Assembly (NCBI RefSeq): GCF_963506605.1
Contig: NC_083285.1
Coordinates: 48,918,001-48,982,000 of the forward strand
DNA: 64,000 nucleotides
Direction: 5' to 3'
DNA from: Zootoca vivipara
Taxonomy: Eukaryota
The position numbers and the translations under genes are program-made. Under the pieces are notes generated by a model, which did no database searches, was not told where the DNA came from, and was given only the letters and a program-made list of their open reading frames with translations. Positions within the stretch are counted from its first letter, which is position 1. Each line of letters opens with the position of its first letter. Of this stretch, positions 38,548 to 62,725 are shown one piece after another.

Positions 38548-39700
38548 TTCCGAGCGCTGGCGTCTCCCCGACGCCCACCTCCCCAGCTAGCGAAGGCCCG
38601 GTGAGAACTCGAGGCCTAGTCAGCGCCAGCCAAGCCCAACCTCCAAAACCCCGCGACCCCCGTCAACGCGCCTCCCCCTCCCCATGCTCGCGCGAGGTAC
38701 CTTCTGCCGTCGACTCTCTCTGGTTCCGCGACGCCGGCGTGGGCTATCCGGCCGATAGAGGCATGAAAATTATAGACTGACACGCGGCGCGGCCTACCGT
38801 AGAAATCCGGGATGGAGAAACGTGGGACTACTACGATTTCAGCGACATAGGAAGCTTGCCTTTGCACCGTTGGCCGACGTGGCTCGGCGTTGCCTGGTCT
38901 GAAGGGTACCGGTAGCAGCGATCCGGGACCGTGGGTGTCAGGCTGGGTTCTCTCTCGCAGCCCTACCTGGGTGCGCCGGAGGGATGTGGGGCCAAACGTG
39001 GGACCTTATGCAGGCGGAGCTGAGGCACTCAGCTACGGCAATATTTTATTTTATTACTTCATTTTTTATTTTTATTTTTTGCTAAAAATGAGTAACTTTG
39101 TTCATTAGCCTTATTACAGCACTTCCGGTCTAAAAGTGAACGGCTCTCCTCGTTTATCTCCCGATGCGGAATATTTAGGGCTTCCCCCCAATATATACGT
39201 TACACTTTAGAGCAGGCGTGGAGCACCTAGGGCGACAACTACAGCCATGGGCGTCTTTCAAATCTTTCCTTGAATGAAAAGGCTACACGCTATTCCACAT
39301 TTCTATATCTAGGGTGCTTTCAAGTTCCAGGAGAGGGGGAGGGGGGAAGGAGAGATGGGACGTAACAGCTTGGTGTACACGTGACTTCTTGACCTGTGCG
39401 TTGCTCTCGACTTCCGCGTCCTCTATTGGCTCCTGGTCCGGCCAAAGAGAACCTTCTTTTTGCTCGTCTTTCGTGAGATCAACCTCCGCCACCGACGAGC
39501 TAGCGGTCAGGGCTGATGCAGGTAAGTGGCTACCTCTGGGCGGTGCTAGCAACCAGGGAGCTTCATGGAAAACTCCCCCACCTCCCCCTTTCCGTGGGGA
39601 AGAACCTGGCTTGCCTTTTGGCGTTGTGGAAGGACAAGTGTGTCCGTTCGGCAAGATGTGTGTTTGTCACATGGCGAATTTGCTCGGTTTCTTGGGTCTG
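38300..39700. promoter_or_regulatory. Bidirectional CpG-island promoter TDG (-) / UQCC6 (+)
   Basis: CpG-rich. TDG ATG at 38547; strong + donor CAG|GTAAGT at 39521/39522. ETS-type CACTTCCGGT 39120-39129, E-box CACGTGAC 39378-39385, ATTGG 39425-39429. Confidence 0.8.
39440..39521 (+). other. UQCC6: Probable non-coding first exon of UQCC6 (5' end approximate)
   Basis: Consensus donor at 39522 inside the CpG island; the coding exon has an acceptor at 42786, upstream of the ATG. Confidence 0.6.
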
Positions 39701-39703
39701 GGA

Positions 39704-41577
39704 CAGGGGTCTGCAACCTTTAAGACAAAAAGAGCCACTTGGACCCACTTCTGAAGGAAGAAAAAAAACTGGGAGCCGCAAAACCATTGCGACATTTAAA
39801 ACAAATATAACACTGCATATATTGTTTCTTAACTTAATGCTATATATACAGGATCGTGCAGTCAGCTGTCAATCTGAAGAAAAAAAGGACTTTCACTTAA
39901 CAATGTAAAATATATTTTTGCAAATTAATAGCTAATTAAAATATTTAATTTACATGGTTAATGGGACTTTTGCTCCTGAACCTCAGTGCTCAGTGTCTGC
40001 ACATCAGGGCTGTAAGACGTCACCTTCATTGTGGAGGGTGGGAAGGCCTCCACAGGGGCGAAATTGGGCTTCTTCCTTTTTTTTAAAGGGGATCCTCCAC
40101 CCCCATGGGCGAAATTGGGCCTCTTTTTTTAAAAAAGGGATCCTACACTTCCCCCCCCCACGCTGCTGCTGGAGGGTGGGAAGGCCTCCACAGGAGTGAA
40201 ATTGGGCTTCTTCCTTTTTTAAAAAAGGGGATCCTCCACCCCCATGGGCGAAATTGGGCCTTTTTTTAAAAAAGGGGGATCCTACACTTCCCCCACCTAC
40301 ACTCCCCACTTATTTACATCAGGCAAGTGCCTTCGCTGTACCCTTTCCAGCACCTGTTTTAAATATTTTTGTTCTCAACTGTTTTCAGTGGTCCTTTCAA
40401 TATTTTTTGCCACCTTGAGATCATTGGATAAAAGGTAGAAATTACAGGAACATAGGAAGCTGCTTTATACTGAGTCAGACTATCAGCATCTTGCTCAGTA
40501 CTGTCCACACTGTACTGTCCATACATCTACCTCAATCTCCTGACCAGGCCGGCAAGAGGCCGCAGGCAGGCAGCAGCAGCAGCAGCAGCAGCAAACAGGC
40601 GCTCCGATTCCGCCAGCCATTTCAGCTGCTGGGCGGGAAGAAGAGCGCCCGTTTAAAAAATTTTTTTAACTCCGCCCCCCCCCCCCCCCGTGAGCCTATT
40701 GGCTGCAGTTTAGATTTTAGTTGTTGTCTGAGAATGCTAATCAGGATTTATTTTTATTTTTGCTTTACATTAGAGATTTGTATCCTAATTAGTGAATTTT
40801 AACACTCAGCTTTCTAGTCTCTCTCAGCTGTACGCCGAGTGATTGAGTAACTTACTCAGCATAAAGCAGAGCCACAACCGGGACTGAAAAATAGCAACCA
40901 CAAATGAACAGAAAACAAAGGCAGCATGGTTGGGGCAGAAGAGGCAAATACTGTAATGATATAGGCTGCAGGACTAATATAGCAATTGCTATAATCATAA
41001 GGCCTTCGGTAGGGTAGATTGCTGCACAAGCAGGAAGAGACAGCTTTACTGGAATCAAATTATTACATTGGGGAAAACCTGCATGTAGCACAGACAATTG
41101 CACCACGCTCTGTCATAGCCCCTGCCTCCTCCCACACAGCGCGGCTGACTGTGGTGGACTCCGGGCTCCGGCGGGCGCCTCGCGGCCGTCTGGCAGGCAC
41201 CAGACGACTCCCAACGTTCGGGAGAGACCTTTGAGCAGCCGCGCTGTGCGGCCGCCGGAGTCCTTTGAGCAGCCGTGCTGTGCGCATGCGCAAAGGACTC
41301 CCGAACGTCGGGAGTGCCGCCACCACAGCCGCGCTGTATGGGAGGGGGCAGGCGCTGACGCTCCCGACGTTCGGGAGTCCTTTGCGCATGCTGTCAGCCA
41401 GTTAGCATACTGCCAGTTAGCCTCGCGCTCGAGAAAAGCCGGAGCGCGAGGCGGACAGAGCACCGGGCGGCGGGCGCGCACCGGGCGGGCGAGCTGGCCA
41501 GCGCAGCACCCCCGGAGCCACGGCAAAGCTGTAAAGGAGCTGCATGCGGCTCCGGAGCCGCGGGTTGCCGACCCCAG
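39704..41577. mobile_element. 1.87-kb composite non-autonomous hAT element in UQCC6 intron 1
   Basis: TIRs CAGGGGTCTGCAACC / GGTTGCCGACCCCAG; perfect 8-bp TSD GTCTGGGA (39696-39703, 41578-41585). Confidence 0.85.
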
Positions 41578-41871
41578 GTCTGGGAGAACCGTTTAAGAGA
41601 CCCGCAGGCAACCCACTTCTCCCACCGTGGAGACTGCCGTTCATGAGCCTTTGCTGGATTGTTTGCAACTGTTACTTGAGGCGCAGGTGGCCTGTGTCAC
41701 AGAGTGCTTTCTTTTCGATAATAATTTTATTAGTTTTCAATTAGATTCCAATAGGCTCATTATAACACTACCAATTTACAATACAATTATTCGCAGAGTG
41801 CTTTCCATCAGCTTTGGCTGGGGGCCCTTTATCTGGAGAGGGAAAGCTCTCTATGCAATGGTAACCTCAAG

Positions 41872-42169
41872 TTACAGGTTATAGAGACATCGGATTCTTA
41901 TCTCATTATGCATGATCAAGCTCTCTTTAGCACCTCAGCCCAGGACTAATTGCAGCCATCAGCAGCCATTAACAGCCATCTCCAGGTTTACCACTCCCAT
42001 CAGCCCACCACCCATTCCCACCCACCCCCACCACCCTCTGTATATATATAGGGTCTGACACTTCTGTTTCTAGTGTATCTGAAGAAGTGTGCATGCACAC
42101 GAAAGCTCATACCAAAATATAAACTTAGTTGGTCTTTAAGGTGCTACTGAAGGAATTTTTTTATTTTGC
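41872..42169 (+). mobile_element. 5'-truncated Penelope-like element (ORF end plus pseudo-LTR with hammerhead)
   Basis: RDIGFLSHYA* at about 41883-41915 resembles the C-terminus of PLE ORFs after the GIY-YIG domain. Hammerhead motif at 42075-42112. 13-bp TSD TGGTAACCTCAAG. Confidence 0.8.
42075..42112 (+). ncRNA. Minimal type I hammerhead ribozyme motif, sense to UQCC6
   Basis: Identical 38-nt motif GTATCTGAAGAAGTGTGCATGCACACGAAAGCTCATAC. Confidence 0.7.
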
Positions 42170-42249
42170 TGGTAACCTCAAGGTTAGATTACTGCAATAA
42201 AGACAGTCCCATCTAGGGTGTGTTTCATTAATTAATAAGGTATGTATCA

Positions 42250-42372
42250 TAAGGTTAACAGATTTTTTTCAATTAATCCGGGGACACTTTTCAACTTCAA
42301 TGGATTTTGTATGGGGACTGATTTGTAAATCTGGGGACTGTCCCCTGGAAACGGGGACATCTGGTAACCTTA
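42250..42372. mobile_element. Short Harbinger-like MITE
   Basis: TAAGGTTAACAGAT ... ATCTGGTAACCTTA inverted ends, with GGGGAC repeats. Confidence 0.55.
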
Positions 42373-42808
42373 ATGTATCACCGGAGCCAAATCTGACATC
42401 TCCAGGAATGGGCACGGCTGTTTTTCCATCTCTGTGTTGGGGATTTTCTGTGTGGCTTTGAGCAAGAAAAAGCATAGGAAGGATGATAGTAAAAAAGCTT
42501 TTCAAGCGTAAGATGTCACTTTGTTTCAGGAATGAGGGTTGTATGCAAGTCATACTAGTGTAGTAGATCCATTGTAATCAACGAGCTTAAGTTAGTCAAG
42601 TCCATGGATTTCAATTGATTATTTTGAGCATTATTAGTTGGATACAGCCAGCAATAGGCACTGCCAAGACGTCCAGCATCTTGTATTTCTATCCTGGACT
42701 TCATCGTTTTCCTTTTATGTCATCAGAGTTCATGCCATTTCTTCACTAGTCAATGTCCTTGTCTTCCTCTTTTACTTGTCTTCCAGTTGCTGCTAGTAGC
42801 TCTTGGCT

Positions 42809-44054
42809 ATGCCTGCAGGAGTACCTTGGCCTCGCTACCTGAAAATGTTCAGTGCAAGCATGTTGGCCATGCTTGCTGGTGCAGAAGTTGTCCATCGATA
42901 TTACAGGCCTGATCTTGTAAGTGGCTTCTCCCCTCCCCCCACCATTTATGTATTGGTTTGTTTGAAATAGTTCCACCTTTCAACTTCAGAAGGACCCCCA
43001 GGATAGCTTACATAAAACAACACAATAACACTGGGCATACACCTATTCCCCAACACAGCTCTGAGGTAATACTGTATATCTCCCAAGACTGTAGGTTGTT
43101 GTTTTTTCTTTACTGTCCTTCCCATGACAGACAGTAGCCTAGGTCTTTGATGAGCTGCTGAGCAATAATAGTTGGATCTTCTGTTCCCTGGATGGCTTTG
43201 AACACCTTACTATTTTCCCCAAGCCTGCAGATCTGTGTCCAAAGGCAATTCAAAATATTCCTTGTTTTCGCCTTTTGTCCTAATGTGCATTTTAAAATGG
43301 GAGTGTCAGGAACCCATTATCCCTGCCCATTGGTTGTGCTTGCTGGGGCTGATGGGAGTTGTAGTTCAGCAATACCCAGAGGCTCACACCTGGGCTAGAG
43401 GTACCTTACCATGGTTCATCTACCTAGAAGTTTCCACTAAGTCTTATTTTTTGGTGATCACTCTTAGCCGAGTAAGATTGTCTTCCATAAACATGCTTTT
43501 AACAACAAGTCCGTACATATAATCAAAGCTAAATTTAAAAACTGAACTTGTGGCTCTTGATATTAGTAAAGGTAAAGGGACCCCTGACCATTAGGTCCAG
43601 TCGTGACCGACTCTGGGGTTGCGCGCTCATCTCGCATTATTGGCCGAGGGAGCCGGCGTATAGCTTCCAGGTCATGTGGCCAGCATGACAAAGCCGCTTC
43701 TGGCAAACCAGAGCAGCACATGGAAACGCTGTTTACCTTCCCGCTGTAGCGGTTCCTATTTATCTACTTGCATTTTGACGTGCTTTCGAACTGCTAGGTT
43801 GGCCGGAGCTGGGACCAAGCAACGGGAGCTCACCCCGTCACAGGGATTCGAACCGCCGACCTTCTGATCAGCAAGCCCTTGGCTCAGTGGTTTTAACCAC
43901 AGCGCCACCTGGGTCCCTGCTTGATATTAGTATGACTTGCCTTTTTTTCTTTTTTTAGACGATACCGGAAGTTCCTCCCAAGCCTGGAGAACTCAGAACA
44001 GAACTATTGGGGCTCAAAGAAAGAAATCAGAAAGTTCAGCCTTCACAACAGTGA
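42809..44054 (+). CDS. UQCC6: Mitochondrial complex III assembly factor 6 (BRAWNIN, C12orf73), 67-aa microprotein
   Basis: Exons 42809-42916 (MPAGVPWPRYLKMFSASMLAMLAGAEVVHRYYRPDL, donor GTAAGT) and 43959-44054 (TIPEVPPKPGELRTELLGLKERNQKVQPSQQ*). Closely resembles human C12orf73 as I recall it, and sits in the syntenic slot between TDG and HSP90B1. Confidence 0.95.
43569..43919 (+). mobile_element. Sauria SINE, full length
   Basis: Same consensus as 15809-16175; 13-bp TSD CTTGATATTAGTA. Confidence 0.92.
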
Positions 44055-45904
44055 TGCAAGGATTATGTTCCTCCATGAACTGCTCTTTAGTATTTATAAT
44101 TGAACCTGTACAATTTCAGTGTTTTCTGGCAACATGAGCTATACAAGTAATCTAGTGTATGCCCATTTTCTGGAGTCAAAATATTTTTACTCCCTCCCAT
44201 GCAATACAAGGCAGTCTTTTACTTAGCTGTCTGGTTTGCCTCAATATGTACCTGTAGCATTGCTCTCTACACATGGCACAATATGCCAGTACTGATTATT
44301 TCCCCTTTTCCTTAAAATGGTTTCTGTAGGTTTTTGATGGTGTTAAGCTTTTCTACCTTTTTGCTGAAAAAGGTCTGCAGAGTGACTTCCAAAGATCAAT
44401 GAGCCAGGTTGTCAGCCCAAGGGCAGGGACTAAGATGTGACACAAGATATCTCATAGAATAGGGACACTGAGGATCATCAACCCCCTGCAATGCAGAAAT
44501 ATGCAGCTCTCAAAACACCTCCTCGGAAAGAGTTGCAATGCATTTGCAACGGACCTTACAGACTGCCTATTTGGGGCATAGGAAGAACTCTGCCAGCATC
44601 TCATCAGCCCCTCACCAGAGCAGATACATCCATTGTTGTAGGCTGCTCACAATTCTATAATGGGCTTCCAAAAGCAAGGGTGTCAGCTTATCTTAAAGTG
44701 GCTGTAATGGAGGTGGATTTGCAGGGTGAGGACTGTTCTAGCACTGCAGCCTCTGTACTAAAGGCAGCAAAATGACACCCACTAAAGAACAGCTAGTTCC
44801 AGTCGTGGGAGGGTAACCCAGTTGATGAAAACAACAGGGATTGGAGATGGATGGTTGCCTCCTTGGGTTTTCACTCCCTAAAAGTGGTGGTGCAATAAAC
44901 TCATGTTTCACAAACTGTGTGAAGTGTGCTTTCTGTAGGCTACAATCCTAATGTATCTACCTCATTGAGTTCACTAGTATTTCTTGAGTAGAAATGGTTG
45001 TGATTGTCCTTTAAGTCTATGTTAAGAGCAGACAGTTTAATATAAGGTGTCTATAGTTATCTGCTGTACTAAATACTTTTTTTTACCGCAGTGGAAGGTA
45101 TCACTGCTGCTGTTCAGGATTTACCACCTTATAGATGGACATGTACATTCTATACTTAGGAAGACCTTGTGTATGAGTTCAGAATTGACAACTGATACAA
45201 AGCTCAACGTGTCATGTGACCACATGTCTCTGCTATAGTTTTCATTTTTTTGCTGCCTAGCTCCTCGATACAATGCATCACGTAGGCTGTAGTTCCACCT
45301 TGCTACATCTTCCAGCACCACAATATTCCATCTGTGAATTTCCCGTTTTTGCATATCACTCACAGACATCTTAATTATGCAATAAATGAGTGTTCAGGGT
45401 TTTTATGTGTTTGTTCTGAAACCGCAACTAGTCAGGTATTGTTAATAAATGAGGTCCACTATTTTCATACAAAAATCAGGGAAGTAATTTAATTTAACCT
45501 CTTTTAAAAACATACAGAACCTGGAAATAAATTGGGCATTCTACTTGTTTGAGGAAGCACAAGTAATTTAGAACCTGCCTATTATAGCTGTGAACAACTA
45601 CTGTTGTAATAGCAGAATTGACAGAATAGAATGGATTCCTATTTCCAATCCCCTATATTTTTAAGTAATTATGTTCAGGCTTCTGAATAGTGTACACTTT
45701 CTAAAACACAGATGGTGCTCCATACTTTTATCAGTTCTGATTATTAAGCATCTCCTGTAAAATAGTTAACAGGTGTTCCTTTTCCACTTTTCTTCCATTG
45801 TTTCTCTTTCAACAAGGTTGTTGTACTAACAGACTAACTTTGCTTAATTTCAAATTAAGTAAATAAGCACCTCCGCTGCCCCATACAGCAAATGGTGTGA
45901 ACAT

Positions 45905-45910
45905 TTTAAT
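45905..45910 (-). terminator. HSP90B1 polyadenylation signal (ATTAAA variant)
   Basis: TTTAAT on +, about 220 nt past the stop codon. Confidence 0.55.
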
Positions 45911-46131
45911 TTTGTACACATGACAAGATTTTACACCAAGTAGTCAGTTAAATAGTACAAATTTACATTGTGAGGAATGTTTAAAAAATGCAACTTAAAA
46001 AATTCTCTCCTGCCCATAACCCTAAGCCTCCCCCCCCCAACATTTTACAGTGAAAAAAAACAAACCAAAACAAATTTAGTTCACATTCCTGCTTCATCCC
46101 AGACACAGGATACTATTTGTGAGAGTGCACT

Positions 46132-59212
<13,081 letters not shown>

Positions 59213-59458
59213 CGTAGCGGTGCTACCCTGGAGCGGCTACGGCGGCACACCTGCTTCCCACGCGCTCCCACAAGGAAAGGGACCGGGAACCGTCGAGGGA
59301 AAGGAATTAAAAGACCTCCCCACTCGCTCAGAGACTTCCTTCCACTCGTGCCCCTTGGATGGCCAAAGCGACTAATCAACGTCAACCCGCCTCCCTCCTC
59401 TCAAGCTTATCACCAGCAAACGCCGCGGGGTGGGGGGGAAAGAGGCCCTTCGCCCTCG

Positions 59459-59590
59459 CCAATGGCAGCGCACCACGCCAAACATGCAGCCAATGGGAAA
59501 GTCGGAGGGGAGGGGCGGTGTTTGCCCCCTGCCAATCGGAGCCTTCCAGGTGAGGTTTCCCGGCGCCAGAGCGTGGCTGGGTGCGATTGG
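59459..59590. promoter_or_regulatory. ER stress response element (ERSE) cluster of the HSP90B1 promoter
   Basis: CCAAT-ggcagcgca-CCACG 59459-59477 (perfect); CCAAT-cggagcctt-CCAGG 59532-59550 (one mismatch); CGTGG-ctgggtgcg-ATTGG 59572-59590 (perfect, inverted). Extra CCAAT at 59490 and 59610; GC box near 59512. Confidence 0.92.
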
Positions 59591-62500
59591 CTGTTGCTAT
59601 GCTGGTGAGCCAATGGGTGTCAAAGGCGGGAGCAGCAGGCCTTAGTTACTGTCTGGTTTTTCAAATTATGTTTTTTAAAAGTTTATTTGCCGGCTTTCTG
59701 TCTCTGACTGTATCTCTGACAACTAAGTAGGAGATTTGACGTATTCTTTTTTTCTTTAAAAATTGTACAGATGCACGTTTTAGGGACCCGACCATGTAGT
59801 TCCGGGGCAGGTTGGACCAAATTACACGTTACTATGACAACTTTCACTTCCGCTTTCCTACGCCTCACATCAAACAGATGTGATTAAAGTAGATAATCGG
59901 GAATGAATTAACAAGACAGCTGTTCTTCAGCATCAGTTTTCCTCTCAGAAATGCATTTCTAGAGCTAGTTGTAAAAAAGTAAAAAGTTGTTGTAAAAAAA
60001 GGTCTAAAATAAAGTCTTCAAGGATGGTCCCATCATGCAATGGTCCATAGGGTCGCTGTCTATAGGTGCAGGCCCACGATTGGTGTCATTCTTGCTTACG
60101 TCATTCCTGCTTTGCGTGCTGGGACTGTCCTCTTACATTGCCTGGTGAAAGTTGTAGTCCTTTAAATAAAATACATTGACTAGACTTGACTTTTCAAGGT
60201 TCTTAAAGGCATGGGACACCTCAGTAGGCGGACCGCTGACTTTTAATTTGAAACAGCTTCAATTTGATTCACACATTAGGACAAACCAGTACTGCGAGGG
60301 AACCTCACCTAAAGAAGAATACTGAGGGTCTCTGATACCCTCCCTGGCATCTACAGGGAGGGCTGGGAATTTGCCTTCTGCCTGAAGCCCTGGAGAAAGT
60401 CACTGCTAGTCAGTGTACACAATGCTGAACTTAATGTATTCCATGTAAAAATATTCCTACACATAGAAAACTTACACAAGGAGGAGAAGGCTAGGTTAGA
60501 ACCTTTCTCCCAACCATCTAGTTTTCCATGTGGAGGGATTTTGTTTTTATTTGTGTGTGGTATGAGGGGAGAACAATTCCTATCCTGTGAGCCCATACAT
60601 GCACTGTGAAATAGTACAATCCCATTCAAAGATTGACTGTACTGTATCAGTATTTTCTTGGTGCACAAGGGTGCACAACTGTTGTGCACTCCACACTTCT
60701 AAGCATTGAGAAGTTGCAGAGGCTACACTGTTGGACTTGTCCATGGGAGGAGAGAGCTGGAGTTTGCAGTGGCTTTGTAGTATTTGTTTTATTTATTAAC
60801 ATTTAAGTTTTGTTGCAATTGCCTGAATTTAGTAGCACTGAGCAGAAGCACATCTGCTTGTAACAACAGAAGATCTGGCAGTTACGCTTCTATTCCAAGA
60901 GCCACTTGTTGGAGCATGCTCAGTATGTAGTATTTCTGGTTGGGCTGACTTCTGATCTGGCCAAGAACGGCATGGGTAGGTTTGCTGACTCTGTTAATTT
61001 ACAAACTGGTTTTTACTATTTGCAGGTATGTATTAAAAGTATTTATTAAGTGCTCTCCTTAAGATAATGAAATAAATATATTTGTTTTAGGAATGCTTGT
61101 TTTGATTGAATCAATCTGGTATCCAGGATTCGGGATCCTGGAAAAATCCAAACAGAAACTGAATCTAGGTAAAAATGAAATAAAAACATTTCAAAATAAA
61201 ATGTCTAAGATAACGAGAGCTATACAAAAAGTATGTGGAACACTCAGAAGAGAAGAAACCAGCCCAGTGTAAAATTATTACAGGTAGCAATAATTAAATC
61301 TAAAAGCAAAGTTTTCCTTCTTGGTTGTGTGTCCCAGAGAAGAGATAAGTTACAGCACAAAAAGAAATTAGAAAAAGCTGCTTGAGTATAAAAGAGATGA
61401 AGTCAAGGTGAAGTTCAGAAAAGAAACAGTCACTTCTCTCTGTTCCCCAACATCCTAGAAACCCTTTCCTGATTCCATTTTAATACCCCACCCCACTCTA
61501 CCCTTGCTCACAACAAAATTTGTTTCTGTACTGGTGAATAGAAGGTGACCTGCACAAACAGTTTTCCATTGTTTTAGGAGTTATCGTGATCCAAGTTTTA
61601 TCAGGGTATAGAGAGTCTCAAGGTCTCACCCAGTGCCTCATGGAGCAAAAAGTATTCTGCCTCTTTCACACTAGTGCATTGTCTTAGTGTGACGAGGGCA
61701 TTGTCAGCATTTCTGCTTCTTGTACACTCCAGAAAAAACGTATCTACCCCTAGCTTAAGACAGGCATCCAGGGCTATTTCCATTAAGAGCCAGAGTCTCA
61801 GTCTTGACCAAAGTTTTATTCCATTCCATAGTTTCTGGGAGAATCACCTTCAGCCTGCACATATTGCCCTCCCACCCCACAGCCAAGCTCATTAGCACCA
61901 CTGATAGCACACAGTGTTTGAGAAACTTATTTCATGCCTGCCATTTGAAGCTGTCAAAAGTTCTATCTAGGCCACTGTTGTCTATTCAAGGCAGTCAACA
62001 GGTCACTAGGATCCTTGGGAGGGATCTTCCCTTCCCTTCTGGAGTTTTCAGTCTTGCTACTCAAAATTATTTTACCCAGATATGCCAGGAACTGAACCTG
62101 GGACCTTGTGCATGCAAAGTATGTGTTCTACCACCAAATTATGTAGTGTGTTTTATCAACTGTAGAGCACTCTTTAGACATGTTCCAGTTAACCACCAGA
62201 GGAACAACAAAAACACCTGCTTGCTTCTTCACACAACTGGTAAGCCGCAGTCTCAAAGCTACAGCCCTATTTTCTGACACTTGAGGTTTTAGCTACCAGA
62301 GTAAGGTTGTTACAGCAACCTATAAAATAGGGCATAACTATTGTCACAAGACACTTAAAAAGTGTGATATGCAATGTTAATCAAACTCAGAATAGGCCCA
62401 TTTGAATCAATGAACTGAAGCGATATATTGAGTGTGACTTAGAAACCATCCATATATACTGCCTTTCTGTCCAGATTTGCCTCCCGTGTTTATAAATCTG

Positions 62501-62681
62501 GGCTACTGAACCTCAAGGCCCACAATTTGCCTTCACTAGAGATATCTGAAAAGTGGAAATTGTCTTAAGTGTTTCATTGCAAATGATTAATTGATTTTGT
62601 GTGTGTGTAGAATACAAATACTGGATCCTGAACTGCAACACGTGAACCAACCCTTAGTTGTCATGGAACGTGTTGGCCTGG

Positions 62682-62682
<1 letters not shown>

Positions 62683-62722
<40 letters not shown>
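62683..62722. repeat. (TA)n microsatellite
   Basis: Seen directly. Confidence 0.9.

Positions 62723-62725
<3 letters not shown>

Noticed and set aside
38317-41744. ORFs of 100-146 aa around the TDG/UQCC6 promoter
   Set aside because: CpG island and transposon interior; no homology recognised.
61601-61783. Protein-like - strand ORF MEIALDACLKLG...
   Set aside because: No recognised family and no supporting exon chain; a BLASTp would settle it.
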